Part shown: positions 25,655 through 35,615 of the stretch, piece after piece
Position numbering within the stretch: position 1 is the first letter of the stretch
Layout: each line of letters starts with the position of its first letter
Origin: an uncultured Gammaproteobacteria bacterium
Lineage (GTDB): Bacteria > Patescibacteriota > Patescibacteriia > UBA1558 > GWA2-36-10
Length of the DNA stretch: 64,000 bases
Reading direction: 5' to 3'
Assembly: GCA_964633905.1 (NCBI GenBank)
Contig: CAZWIT010000005.1
Location: 26,610-90,609, forward strand
Translations under genes and position numbers: made by a program
Notes under the pieces: generated by a model
Databases searched by the model: none
What the model was told of the DNA's origin: nothing
Seen by the model: only the letters and a program-made list of their open reading frames with translations

Positions 25655-26497
25655 TTAGGACGAAAAAACAGAAGTAAATTTTTGACAAGTACAGCCTCTC
25701 AAACAATCCGTTTTACTCAAATGTTGAATCGTTGCCAACAAAACCTGAGACAAGCGCACCATATTATCAGACATTACCCTCTTAACATGATCACCTTTTA
25801 AAGGATCGCCTGTTTCTGGACAAAGATTACTAACGCAAGCCAACAACCCATAGCTCATACCTGCTTCGCGCGCTAAAACTGCCTCTGGAAAACAAGTAGA
25901 CATACTCAAAAAATCAATTCCCTCTTTGCGGTATTTTTCAATTTCAGCCCTAGTTTCAAATCTAGGACCTGGCAAAGTAGATCCTAAAATTCCATTGTGT
26001 TCAATTTTGCCGTGGCTTACATTAAATACTATTTCTGCTATTTTACTACAAAACAAATCATCCATTGATCTGTGAAAATTAGCTGAGTCAACACCAACCA
26101 TATTAGCAAAAGTAAAAGGCAAAGCAGTATAATCAATTGCATCTACTGGGCAATAAATTTCGCCAGTCTGTGGAACACAAACATTAACACTATTTCTAAT
26201 AGCACCAACTGCTGAAGTGGCTAATACTACTTTTACACCCAAAATCTGAGACAAAAGATACATGTATTTTTGCTGCGCATTAGTCTTAAGCAATTGATGT
26301 GGTAAAGAAAAATCACCAAAACAATGATGCCTATCAATAAAATAAATTATGTCACTGCCAATTTCTAAGGCATAATAAAAAATGTCATCACCATAAATAT
26401 GTTCAAAACGCTTAGCTTTTTGAAGCTTACTACCGGCACCAATTAAACTAAAGAAAAATTGCTCCATACCAGTGCCACCAATTATGCCAATCTTCAT
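25655..26497 (-). CDS. MTAP/PNP-family nucleoside phosphorylase, divergent (cassette)
   Basis: KIGIIGGTG, GPRFETRAE, MSTCFPEAVLARE. Start at 26497 after AAGGAG. TTGACA-17-TAAGGT promoter, GTCCCTTAACA motif, terminator 25608-25627. Confidence 0.85.
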   Translation of the reverse strand: MKIGIIGGTGMEQFFFSLIGAGSKLQKAKRFEHIYGDDIFYYALEIGSDIIYFIDRHHCFGDFSLPHQLLKTNAQQKYMYLLSQILGVKVVLATSAVGAIRNSVNVCVPQTGEIYCPVDAIDYTALPFTFANMVGVDSANFHRSMDDLFCSKIAEIVFNVSHGKIEHNGILGSTLPGPRFETRAEIEKYRKEGIDFLSMSTCFPEAVLAREAGMSYGLLACVSNLCPETGDPLKGDHVKRVMSDNMVRLSQVLLATIQHLSKTDCLRGCTCQKFTSVFSS

Positions 26498-26694
26498 TTT
26501 TACTCCTTGTCTGTTAAGGGACATCTTGCCGGGACAATAAAACATCCCTACCTTAAACATTTGCTAGCACTTTGTCAAACTTAAAGTTTTTATATTTAAA
26601 ATTTTTTAAATAATTTTACTAATATTAGCTAAAATAATAAATTTTACGCAGAATTAGCTATTTTAAAAACCTCATTTTATTGAGGTTTTTAATC

Positions 26695-27096
26695 TTATTT
26701 TATATATTTTTCTTCAAAAGCTTTTTGATCTCCAAATTCTACAAAATCCTTATGGTGTTCTGGTGGTATAAAATTATGATCAGCCTTGTGCTTTATACCA
26801 CACCAATATTTTTCTGTTTTTCCAGCTATGGTCAAAGAATAATGCAATAAACCATTAGCATATCCACAATAAATACAATTTAGCTTTTGGAACAAGTTTA
26901 AATACTTTAGTTTATATCTATCAATTTTTATATACTCAGAACGCTTAACTAATTCAAAACCATAAACTGGAAAACTAATGTGATGATAGATCTCTATAAA
27001 AATATCTAGAATTACTAGTGGTATAAAAACCATCCAAATGAGTGGAATTAATAAAACGTGAATAATTATCTTTTCTCGGTGTTTAAAATAGTCCAT
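26695..27096 (-). CDS. Conserved-looking hypothetical membrane protein with CxYC and YWC motifs
   Basis: NCIYCGYANGL...EKYWCGIKH and an N-terminal hydrophobic segment. Confidence 0.75.
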   Translation of the reverse strand: MDYFKHREKIIIHVLLIPLIWMVFIPLVILDIFIEIYHHISFPVYGFELVKRSEYIKIDRYKLKYLNLFQKLNCIYCGYANGLLHYSLTIAGKTEKYWCGIKHKADHNFIPPEHHKDFVEFGDQKAFEEKYIK

Positions 27097-27159
27097 TTTT
27101 TATTATTAACTAATTAGTTCAAAATTAAAGTAAAAATAAATAGCCACAAATAATTGGCC

Positions 27160-27234
27160 TGGTGTCCCCGAGAGGAATCGAACCTCTATTTAGGCCTTAG
27201 GAGAGCCTTGTTCTATCCATTGAACTACAAGGAC
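27160..27234 (-). tRNA. tRNA-Arg(CCT)
   Basis: Anticodon loop CTCCTAA, GGTTCGATTCC T-arm, encoded CCA. Confidence 0.95.
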
Positions 27235-27314
27235 AAATATTAATACTAACTAAAATGTATTTTTTTACTTTAAAAAATTAGCTAATATTATATAATATTT
27301 TGTGTCGTATTATA

Positions 27315-27446
27315 TTATGGTAATAAATTTGTTAAGGCCGAAAAGTTGGCTTCTAAATAATACAAAATACCAAACAGAATAAAAATGCCCACAAATATCA
27401 ATCCTATTCTTTTTAAATCACTTTTTACAAAAGCTCTGTCTTCCAT
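27315..27446 (-). CDS. 43-aa single-TM protein
   Basis: Hand translation MEDRAFVKSDLKRIGLIFVGIFILFGILYYLEANFSALTNLLP; below the track cutoff. Confidence 0.6.
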   Translation of the reverse strand: MEDRAFVKSDLKRIGLIFVGIFILFGILYYLEANFSALTNLLP

Positions 27447-27578
27447 CTTTTTAAATTAAATATTAATTAATAACGAGCTTATTTTAATATAAACAAGCAA
27501 AAATGTCTAGAAATTATTTTGACTTTTTTGCTTGTTTAATCTAAAATTTAAACACTTTAACCTTAACACAAAACTTTT

Positions 27579-28019
27579 ATGTTTAATAAAAATCAAGCCA
27601 TTGTCAATAATAAAAGCATTGAAACCATTATTGGCCCATCTGTAAGGGTTGAGGGTGACTTTAAAGGCGAGGGAGATCTTATTATTGAGGGTATTTTAGT
27701 TGGCAGTTTACAAACTAAAAATAACCTAAAAATTGGAGAAAACGCAGTAGTAGAAGCCGGCATTAAGGCTAATAATGCCTTTATTTCAGGAAAAGTTAAA
27801 GGAAATCTAGTAATTAAAGGCAAATTAGAAATCACTGGCACCGCTATTATATTGGGCGATATTAAAACTCAACTTATCTCTATTGAAAGTGGAGCTATTA
27901 TACAGGGTTCTGTTACTATGCCTGTTAATGATGTAAGTAAAGAAGAGTCTCGTAAAAATAAAGAAAAAATATCTGAAACAACAGTAGAGGATAATATTAA
28001 TACTGTTGATCAAGCTTAA
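27579..28019 (+). CDS. Bactofilin (polymer-forming cytoskeletal protein)
   Basis: ETIIGPSVRVEGDF...ISIESGAIIQG beta-helix repeats. Confidence 0.9.
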   Translation: MFNKNQAIVNNKSIETIIGPSVRVEGDFKGEGDLIIEGILVGSLQTKNNLKIGENAVVEAGIKANNAFISGKVKGNLVIKGKLEITGTAIILGDIKTQLISIESGAIIQGSVTMPVNDVSKEESRKNKEKISETTVEDNINTVDQA

Positions 28020-28026
28020 ATAAACT

Positions 28027-28770
28027 ATGTATTTATATATATACGATAGTTTCCTCAACGACAAAAAATATAACGATTTACTAATACAAATTGAAAAAAG
28101 GATTACCGATTTAGGCATCAAAGGACGAGTCGCCAGGTTATCTATCTTAAAAAACATGAAAGAGCTAATTACGGACGCTGTTAAAGACGGCGTAAGCACC
28201 GTAGTTGTTATTGGTAATGTTCAAACTTTTGCTAAGGTTATTAATATTGTGGCTGATTTAGATGTGGTTTTAGGCTTAATTCCAGTGGATAATGACAACC
28301 GCATTGCTAAAATGCTTGGTATACCACCAAAGGTTTTGGCCTGTGATGTAATTGCTTCCCGTATTGTTAAAAAAATTGACCTTGGTATTATTAATAATCA
28401 TTATTTTATTGGCAGTGCTGAAATTAATAATAGTGAAGTATTCTTAGAAAATAATGGCTATACTATTCAACCTACTACTACCAACAATCGTATTGTAATT
28501 TATAATTTTGCTAGCCCCAGTGGAAACATTAGCTCAAGTCCCATTGATGGCATTTTAGAAGCCGTAATAACGCCCATTAAAAGCACCTGGTTGGGTAAAA
28601 AAGAGATTACTGGTACAGTTTTACCTTTTACTAGTTTGCGTATTGCTAGCCAAGCACAGGAGCAAGTTTCTATTTTAAGTGATGAACAAACTATCATGAA
28701 AACTCCGGCTGAAATAAAAATAGCCCCTCAAAAACTTAAAGTAATTGTGGGGCCAGAACGTTGTTTTTAA
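28027..28770 (+). CDS. Diacylglycerol-kinase-like protein (degenerate ATP motif)
   Basis: TVVVIGNVQTFAKVIN...LGLIPV...NRIAKMLGI...IDLGIINNHYF. Confidence 0.7.
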   Translation: MYLYIYDSFLNDKKYNDLLIQIEKRITDLGIKGRVARLSILKNMKELITDAVKDGVSTVVVIGNVQTFAKVINIVADLDVVLGLIPVDNDNRIAKMLGIPPKVLACDVIASRIVKKIDLGIINNHYFIGSAEINNSEVFLENNGYTIQPTTTNNRIVIYNFASPSGNISSSPIDGILEAVITPIKSTWLGKKEITGTVLPFTSLRIASQAQEQVSILSDEQTIMKTPAEIKIAPQKLKVIVGPERCF

Positions 28771-28802
28771 TTTTTTATCTAATATTAGCAAAAAAACAGC
28801 TT

Positions 28803-29501
28803 TTAAGCTGTTTTTTTATTATTTTTCCCTAAGATTAAATATTGTTGAAAAACAGAGAACAGAGTAGTAAATAACCAATACATGGTAAGCCCGGCTGGTA
28901 GACTAGAGCCAATAAAAATAGTAATTACTGGCATAAAATAAAGCATTTGTTTATTCATCATAGCGCTCATACCGCCAGTACTAGCATTTTTGCCACCTAA
29001 TAGCATTTTAGATTGCCAAAACTGAGCCAAACCAGCTAGTACTGCTAGTAAAATATTTTTATTAGCTAAATCAATAAAACCAAAAGCAATAGTATTTAAT
29101 GAGCCTGGGTTAGCCACGAAAGCATATAAAGCAGACAAACTACTTTCTTTGGTCAAACCATCATAAAAAACACGATAAATAGCAAATAAGAATGGTAATT
29201 GAATTAAGGTAGGCAAACAAGAAGCAAATGGATTGATCTTTCTTTCTTTATATAAAGACATTAGCTCTGGACCCATTTTTTCTTTATTGTCCTTGTATTT
29301 TTCTTTAAGAGCTTCTATTTCTGGTTGAATTAGCTGTAATTCTTTTTGAGACTTAATGGCTGATTTAGAAAGAGGATATAATATTAAACGAATTAAAAGG
29401 GTTAATAATAATATAGCCACACCCAAATCGTGTCCTGGAACACTATTGTATAAAAAAACTAGTAAATTAAAGATTGGTTGATAAAAAATTGTATGAAACA
29501 T
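28803..29501 (-). CDS. yidC: Membrane protein insertase YidC/Oxa1 (short form)
   Basis: IRLILYPL...QPEI...INPFASCLPTLIQLP...LPAGLTMYW; conserved position next to yidD and rnpA. Confidence 0.95.
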   Translation of the reverse strand: MFHTIFYQPIFNLLVFLYNSVPGHDLGVAILLLTLLIRLILYPLSKSAIKSQKELQLIQPEIEALKEKYKDNKEKMGPELMSLYKERKINPFASCLPTLIQLPFLFAIYRVFYDGLTKESSLSALYAFVANPGSLNTIAFGFIDLANKNILLAVLAGLAQFWQSKMLLGGKNASTGGMSAMMNKQMLYFMPVITIFIGSSLPAGLTMYWLFTTLFSVFQQYLILGKNNKKTA

Positions 29502-29507
29502 AAATTT

Positions 29508-29768
29508 TTATTTAATTGGATCGTGACCACCTTTGGACCAGGGATGACAACGCAATAAACGATAAGAACACATAATTACACCCTTATAAGGACCATGTTT
29601 GCTTATTGCTTGCCGACAATATTCTGAACAATGTGGCTCAAAGCGACAAAATCCATAAGGATAAAATCCTTTTAATAAACCATCGTCTGGTGATAAGGTT
29701 TTTTGATAAATATTAATAATAAACAACAATATTTTCTTTAAAAACTCATTAAACCAGGAAAATATCAT
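29508..29768 (-). CDS. yidD: Membrane protein insertion efficiency factor
   Basis: YQKTLSP...CRFEPHCSEY...RCHPWSKGGHDP. Confidence 0.95.
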   Translation of the reverse strand: MIFSWFNEFLKKILLFIINIYQKTLSPDDGLLKGFYPYGFCRFEPHCSEYCRQAISKHGPYKGVIMCSYRLLRCHPWSKGGHDPIK

Positions 29769-30115
29769 GATTTTTTATTCAATAGCTTAATTTGATTATA
29801 GGCAAATTCTATTTGTTTTTTTAATTCAACAAAATTTAGCTCTAAGGCACTTTTTTTAGCTATAATTAGCAAATTATATCCTGGTTTTAAGTCTTTTAAA
29901 AAACTTCTATTTATTTCTCTTAGTCGTCTTTTTAATAAATTTCTTCTACTTGCCCTTTTATCAACTTTATTTGAAACTATAAAACCAATCTTAATGTCCT
30001 TATCTTGATTAGCTAGATATTTTAAGGTTAGTTGCGGCAAAAAAAAGGTTTTACCAGATCGGATTAACCTTTTTATTTCTAAGTCAGTGTTTAATCTGTT
30101 GTTTTTGGCCAACAT
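29765..30115 (-). CDS. rnpA: RNase P protein component
   Basis: GFIVSNKVDKRASRRNLLKRRLRE RNR motif. Confidence 0.93.
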   Translation of the reverse strand: MLAKNNRLNTDLEIKRLIRSGKTFFLPQLTLKYLANQDKDIKIGFIVSNKVDKRASRRNLLKRRLREINRSFLKDLKPGYNLLIIAKKSALELNFVELKKQIEFAYNQIKLLNKKS

Positions 30116-30124
30116 AAGCCAAAA

Positions 30125-30265
30125 TTATACAGAAATTTTAGCCCTACCTTTAGCGCGACGACTTTTTAAAACCCTACGACCAGTTGCACTACTCATTCTC
30201 TTACGAAAACCGTGGCTTCTGGCTCTTTTTTTCTTTTTTGGTTGGTATGTTCTTTTAGTAGCCAT
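30125..30265 (-). CDS. rpmH: 50S ribosomal protein L34
   Basis: Hand translation [46 protein letters not shown]. Confidence 0.97.
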   Translation of the reverse strand: MATKRTYQPKKKKRARSHGFRKRMSSATGRRVLKSRRAKGRAKISV

Positions 30266-30295
30266 AATAAAATAATTAACTGTTTTAAGATAACA

Positions 30296-30432
30296 TAAAA
30301 GCCTTATTTTTTCAAGGCTTAAGTTTTATCCACAAATATCAACAACTTATTCACAACTTGTAAACTATTGTGATTATTTGAGTTAATTATATTTTGTGCT
30401 ATATTTATAGCAGTTTTAAATAGGGGTGAAGC
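30296..30432. promoter_or_regulatory. oriC part 1 / dnaA promoter region with DnaA boxes
   Basis: TTATCCACA 30326-30334, ATATCAACA 30336-30344, TTATTCACA 30347-30355. Gene orientation flips here. Confidence 0.8.
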
Positions 30433-31809
30433 ATGGAAAATCGTGAAAAAATTTGGCAAAGTGTTTTGGGTCAATTAGAGCTACTAATTAGTCGCGCTAA
30501 TTTTACAACCTGGTTTAAAAATACTTTTTTAGCTGAACACAACGAACAACAAGTAATAGTAGGGGTTCCTAATTCCTTTACTAAAGTTTGGTTAGAAAAA
30601 AAATATCATGATCATATTACCAAATCTTTAGAAAATATCTTATCTATAAATAATCTACAGGTTATCTACAGGGTTGAAAATAGGGATATTGCACCTAATA
30701 TTAGCCAAAATATTGCTGAAATTAAAGAAGCAAATCAGACTCCTGTGCATAACCAAACAGTTATAAACAACAATAAAACCATTAATAAATTTGGTTTAAA
30801 TACTAGCTATAATTTTAGTAATTTTATTGTTGGGCCAGGCAATGAACTTGCTCAAGCAGCTTCTATGGCTTGTGCTCAAAAACCAGGTGAAACTTATAAT
30901 CCATTATTTATTTATGGCGGTGTGGGCCTTGGCAAAACCCACCTTGTTCAGGCTGTTGGAAACTATATTTTGGCTAAAAATCCACAAAAAAAGATACTTT
31001 ACATAAACAGTGAAAAATTTACTAATGACTTTATTTTTGCCATAAAAAGCGGCCACACTGATAAATTCAAAGAAATATATAGAAATGTTGATGTTTTATT
31101 AATAGACGATATTCAATTTATAGCCGGTAAAGAACAAACCCAGGAAGAGTTTTTCCATACTTTTAACGCTCTTCATCAAAATAACAAACAAATAGTCATC
31201 TCGTCAGACCGACCACCCAAGGCAATTGCCGGTATTGAAAACCGCTTAATTTCTCGTTTTGAATGGGGAATGATAGCTGATATTTCTTTTCCTGATTTAG
31301 AAACTAGAGTAGCAATTCTTGAAACTAAGTGCCAACAAAAAAATTATAATCTTGCTACTGAAATTATTCACCTAGTAGCTGAAAGTATCCAGGAAAATAT
31401 TCGTGAACTAGAAGGAGCTTTAAATAGAGTAATTGCTTTTCATCAGCTTAATAACACTCAACCAAGTCTAGAAAGCGTACGCGCCCTCTTAGGAGGAATT
31501 TCTGCTAATCCTAAAAAAGCTGGGCTTACTACTAAAAAATTATTAAAAACAGTAGCAGATTTTTTTGATATTTCCCTAGATGAATTGCTTGGTTCTAGTA
31601 GAAAAAAAGAATTGGTCGTACCTAGACAGATTGCCATGTTTTTGATGCGCGAACAATTAAAAAGTTCTTTTCCTAACATCGGACAAGAAATAGGGGGTAG
31701 GGATCACACTACTGCTATGCACGCTTGTTTAAAAATTTCAGACCTAATAACTAGTGATGAAAAAATGAAAAACGATCTGGCTGTTCTGCGTCAAAAACTA
31801 TATGAATAA
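30433..31809 (+). CDS. dnaA: Chromosomal replication initiator
   Basis: YNPLFIYGGVGLGKTHL, IDDIQF, RELEGAL, GGRDHTT. Confidence 0.99.
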   Translation: MENREKIWQSVLGQLELLISRANFTTWFKNTFLAEHNEQQVIVGVPNSFTKVWLEKKYHDHITKSLENILSINNLQVIYRVENRDIAPNISQNIAEIKEANQTPVHNQTVINNNKTINKFGLNTSYNFSNFIVGPGNELAQAASMACAQKPGETYNPLFIYGGVGLGKTHLVQAVGNYILAKNPQKKILYINSEKFTNDFIFAIKSGHTDKFKEIYRNVDVLLIDDIQFIAGKEQTQEEFFHTFNALHQNNKQIVISSDRPPKAIAGIENRLISRFEWGMIADISFPDLETRVAILETKCQQKNYNLATEIIHLVAESIQENIRELEGALNRVIAFHQLNNTQPSLESVRALLGGISANPKKAGLTTKKLLKTVADFFDISLDELLGSSRKKELVVPRQIAMFLMREQLKSSFPNIGQEIGGRDHTTAMHACLKISDLITSDEKMKNDLAVLRQKLYE

Positions 31810-32042
31810 ATTGTGTATAAATTACTAAAAGATTGTGTGTAAAAAAATTAAAAATATATTTTTAAACGCTTATCAACAGTCTGAATAAAATTTTTGCACA
31901 AGATAAAACCTGTTTATACACAAAAATAATATTGAAAAACTAGAAAAATAGCCAATAAAAATAAGTATTCTTAACACTTCTGCACATTTCCGCAATAGCC
32001 TATAACTACTACTTTATTTATAAATATATATATAATAATACT
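31810..32042. other. oriC part 2 with DNA unwinding element
   Basis: TGTGTATAA, TTATCAACA and TTATACACA boxes. Tandem degenerate boxes TTCTGCACA-TTTCCGCA (31978-31994) are followed by DnaA-trio-like CTA-TAA-CTA-CTA-CTT and an AT-only run. Confidence 0.8.
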
Positions 32043-33146
32043 ATGAAAATAATTTGCACCCAAGAAAATTTAAATAAAGGATTAAATTTAGTCTCCCACA
32101 TTGCAAATAAAAATAGTAATTTGCCAATCTTAAATAACGTATTATTTAAAGCTAATAAAGATGGTTTAACTTTAATTACCACTGATTTAGAAATTGGTAT
32201 AAAAGTATTTGTGCGTAGCAAGGTGGTAGAAGAAGGAGATTTTACCATTGATGCTAAACTATTAAATAATTATGTTAGTTTATTACCAAAAGAAAATATT
32301 GATTTAAATCTTAATGAAGGTTCTTTGGAAATAAAAAGTGCTAATCAAGAAACTAGTATAAAAGGTTTGGATGCCGAAGATTTTCCCTTAATACCAGAAA
32401 TTGAAAAGACCAACGAAGTTTTGATACCAGCTGCTGATTTAAAAAAAGCCCTAAATCAAGTTTTGTTTTCAGCCTCTTTGGATAGTTCTCGAATCGAAAT
32501 TAATGCTGTTAATTTTAATTTTTATAAAGAGAATTTAACCTTAGTCGCTACCGATAGCTATCGTTTAGCAGAAAAGAAAATAAAAATTAACAATCAGAGT
32601 AAAGAAGCAAATTTAATTATTCCTCTTAAAACACTACAAGAACTAAACAGGATTATAGCTGAACAACCTGGAGAAGATTTAAAATTATATTTTAATGAAA
32701 ATCAAATACTTTTTGTTTTTGATGGCGTGGAGCTTGTTTCTAGGGTAATAGATGGTCATTATCCTGATTACAAACAAATTATTCCCAGTAGTTTTGTGAC
32801 TAAAGTAAAATGTGATCTAAACAAGCTAATTCCAGCTATTAAGGCTGTTTCCTTGTTTTGTAAACAAGGAATTAATGATATTAAGTTGAGTTTTGAGGAA
32901 AAAAGCGGGGAAATAATAATATCAACAGCCTCTTCTTATACTGGTAATAGTATTGCCAGGATTCCAGCTGAAATAAAAGGGGAAAACAACGACATAGTCT
33001 TTAATTATCGTTATTTGTTAGATGGTTTAAATAATATTGATAGTAGCCAGGTTTATCTACAACTAAACAACAATGCTTCGCCTGGTCTTGTTCAACCAGG
33101 TGATAATCAAGAATATATATATTTAATTATGCCTATTAGACAATAG
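32043..33146 (+). CDS. dnaN: DNA polymerase III beta clamp
   Basis: TTDLEIG, VATDSYRLA, YPDYKQIIP, YLIMPIR. Confidence 0.98.
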   Translation: MKIICTQENLNKGLNLVSHIANKNSNLPILNNVLFKANKDGLTLITTDLEIGIKVFVRSKVVEEGDFTIDAKLLNNYVSLLPKENIDLNLNEGSLEIKSANQETSIKGLDAEDFPLIPEIEKTNEVLIPAADLKKALNQVLFSASLDSSRIEINAVNFNFYKENLTLVATDSYRLAEKKIKINNQSKEANLIIPLKTLQELNRIIAEQPGEDLKLYFNENQILFVFDGVELVSRVIDGHYPDYKQIIPSSFVTKVKCDLNKLIPAIKAVSLFCKQGINDIKLSFEEKSGEIIISTASSYTGNSIARIPAEIKGENNDIVFNYRYLLDGLNNIDSSQVYLQLNNNASPGLVQPGDNQEYIYLIMPIRQ

Positions 33147-33149
33147 CTT

Positions 33150-33291
33150 TTGCTATTTCTAATAAAATTTGGTATAATTTTAAGACCTTAATATTTGGCG
33201 TGTCGAACCCAAATTTTAAGACTTCAGAATAATCATAGATTTTTCTCGTATTGAGAAACTAAAAGCACCTTAGCGCGATAAGGTGTTTTTT
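33150..33291 (+). ncRNA. Candidate ~105-nt small RNA, or dnaN 3' element with an internal promoter
   Basis: TTGCTA-17-TATAAT (33150-33178), hairpins CTTAATATTTGG/CCAAATTTTAAG and TTTCTC/GAGAAA, terminator 33261-33291, no ORF. Confidence 0.4.
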
Positions 33292-33351
33292 AGTTAAAAA
33301 AACACCCAGCCAAAACCGGACTTTGGCGGGGTGTTAAGGATTTTTGTATTT

Positions 33352-33927
33352 TTACAAGTCTTTATCAAAGAGGCAGATTAGGTATATGGCAATATAGGGT
33401 GCGCCAAGTAAAATCACGAAATATGGCAGGGCAATCAGAAATCCTTGTGATAAGCCTAGTCCGAACAAATATCCAGGCACCCAACCCAGTGTTTGGAAGG
33501 GTGCAGCTATAATAGATATTGGATCAAGGTAGTAGCCTTGGTGTTTTTCTTTAACAAAAACATATACAAATGGCCACAAAAAACACAAGACAGTTGCTGC
33601 CAGCGGCCCAATAAGACTTGTTGCTAGCAAATAAACAAAAGCACCAGCGGCAAATTGTCCCAAGGCCTCCTTGCGCATGTAAGAGTCTTTGGCAAAATTG
33701 TATAAGTGATACAAAAAAACAAAGATTAAGGCAAAGGGAAGAAGGTCGGAAATAGGACGAAGTAAGAGGGTTTTGGGTAGTTTTGAAAACAGTAGGTTGT
33801 CGTTGGCCCAACCCAGCAAGTAATTAATATTAAGAATGCTGAATAAAAAACTCAGACTGGTACAAGCGACAATGCCTAGGACAAAGGGTAAAAATAGTTT
33901 TTGTAAGAACCAGGCAAGGTGTTTCAT
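33352..33927 (-). CDS. Multi-pass membrane hypothetical protein (cassette)
   Basis: Start at ATG 33927 after AAGGAG. TTGACA-18-TAATAT promoter, GTCCGTTGTCA motif, terminator 33301-33335. Confidence 0.75.
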   Translation of the reverse strand: MKHLAWFLQKLFLPFVLGIVACTSLSFLFSILNINYLLGWANDNLLFSKLPKTLLLRPISDLLPFALIFVFLYHLYNFAKDSYMRKEALGQFAAGAFVYLLATSLIGPLAATVLCFLWPFVYVFVKEKHQGYYLDPISIIAAPFQTLGWVPGYLFGLGLSQGFLIALPYFVILLGAPYIAIYLICLFDKDL

Positions 33928-34042
33928 GGTGTGGCTCCTTTTTAAGGTTGACAACGGACGCGGCAAACAGACTAATATTAACGATAATATCAAAATCTTG
34001 TCAATTGAATTAATTGGTTTTTTTTGTTAAGATGGCTTATAT

Positions 34043-34603
34043 ATGATTGCTTACATAAAAGGAGTAATTTTAGAAAAAACAGAGCGCTCAGCCATAGTTT
34101 TGACCAATGGCGTTGGTTATGAGGTTTTTTTAAGCTTGCGAGATCTACAAAAAGTAGAAAAAAGTAGTCAGCAAGAATTTTTTATTTACTCCTATATTAG
34201 GCAAGACAGTTTTGATTTATATGGTTTTCAAAATTTATCAGCCATAGATTTATTTAAAAAACTTTTGCTGGTTTCTGGTGTTGGTCCAAAAAGTGCAATT
34301 AATATTTTAGGTCTTGCCGAAGTCGATGATTTAAAAAAAGCTATTACCAGTGGTGATCCTAGTTTTTTTCAAAAAGTTTCTGGTGTTGGTAAAAAAACAG
34401 CCGAAAGAATTGTAGTAGAACTTAAAGAAAAATTTATTAATGACATTAGTAATATTGCTGGTCCTATTGGCGGTGATCGCCAAGTAATAGAGGCCCTACT
34501 TTCTTTGGGTTATAAAGAAAAAGAGGCTATGGAGATGGTTAAAAAATTACAAGGAGATGAGATTGATCTTTCGGCTAAAATAAAAAAAGTTTTGCAAAAT
34601 TAA
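34043..34603 (+). CDS. ruvA: Holliday junction branch migration protein
   Basis: NGVGYEV, LYGF, VSGVGPKSA, GVGKKTAERIVVELK. Confidence 0.97.
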   Translation: MIAYIKGVILEKTERSAIVLTNGVGYEVFLSLRDLQKVEKSSQQEFFIYSYIRQDSFDLYGFQNLSAIDLFKKLLLVSGVGPKSAINILGLAEVDDLKKAITSGDPSFFQKVSGVGKKTAERIVVELKEKFINDISNIAGPIGGDRQVIEALLSLGYKEKEAMEMVKKLQGDEIDLSAKIKKVLQN

Positions 34604-34606
34604 TTT

Positions 34607-35614
34607 ATGGATGTTTTTTTAGATCAAAATTATCAAGATCAGTTTTTGGCTCAACAAAATATTTCAGGCGCTTTTTTACAAAGTAGGTCCTGGGAAAAAT
34701 TTTTAATTGCCCAAGGAAAAAATACCTGGCGTTTTAGTTTTAAAGAAAAAGATGAATTATTAGGAACTTGTCTTCTGTATGAAAACAAACTCTTACTAGG
34801 CAAGAGCTACTTAATGGCCGCCAAAGGACCAATTTTTTATAAGGAATTAACAGAAGAAAAAAAAATAGAGTTGGTAGAATTATTTTTTTCCAGCATTAGA
34901 GACATAACAATAAAGACAAAAAAATATCAAGAATTATTTTTTCGAATTGAGCCAAAACATTTTTTAAAAATTAAAGAATTACAACGCAGCTTAGACGTGG
35001 ATCCGCGCGAAACATGGTTAAGTGATATTAGTAGGCCATTGCCCGAAGTTTTACAAGATAGTCACCCTAAAACTAGATATAATATCGCCTTGGCACAAAA
35101 AAAGGGGGTAGAAGTAAGTTTTAGTAGCGATAAAAAAGATATTATTGTTTTTTTAGATCTTTTAAACAAAACTGCTCAGCGCCAAAAAATAGGAATTCAT
35201 CCCCAAAAATATTTTGAGCTTTGGGCAGAAACACTTTTTGCTAATAATTTTAGTGAACTTGCTATTGCCAGTATTGCTGGGCAGCCGGTAGCAGCTAATT
35301 TAATGGTGGGTTTTGGTAATATTGTTACTTATGTACACGGTGCTTCTGATTATGCGGCTCGGACCAGTATGGCACCACACTATCTGCATTGGTCTTGCTT
35401 AAAAAGATATCAAGAGCAAGGCTATAAATTTTATGATTGGTGGGGCATTGCTCCGCAAGACGGTAGCAAGCCTTCTTTAGAAGGAGTGAGTAGGTTTAAA
35501 ATGGGTTTTGCGGGCTCAAGACAAATAGCATCTGGTACTTATGATTTTGTGTATGAGGATTCTTGGTACAAGGCTTATCAGGTTTTTCGTAAGTTACGCA
35601 GAAAGTTAAAATAA
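34607..35614 (+). CDS. FemABX-family peptidoglycan bridge aminoacyltransferase
   Basis: FLQSRSW, FFRIEP, KTRYNIALAQKKGV, YDWWGI, RFKMGF. Confidence 0.9.
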   Translation: MDVFLDQNYQDQFLAQQNISGAFLQSRSWEKFLIAQGKNTWRFSFKEKDELLGTCLLYENKLLLGKSYLMAAKGPIFYKELTEEKKIELVELFFSSIRDITIKTKKYQELFFRIEPKHFLKIKELQRSLDVDPRETWLSDISRPLPEVLQDSHPKTRYNIALAQKKGVEVSFSSDKKDIIVFLDLLNKTAQRQKIGIHPQKYFELWAETLFANNFSELAIASIAGQPVAANLMVGFGNIVTYVHGASDYAARTSMAPHYLHWSCLKRYQEQGYKFYDWWGIAPQDGSKPSLEGVSRFKMGFAGSRQIASGTYDFVYEDSWYKAYQVFRKLRRKLK

Positions 35615-35615
35615 T

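Noticed and set aside
24879-26560. N-terminal extensions in track ORFs 23931..24938, 25269..25580 and 25655..26560
   Set aside because: The extensions overlap upstream genes or promoters; downstream starts fit the family N-termini.
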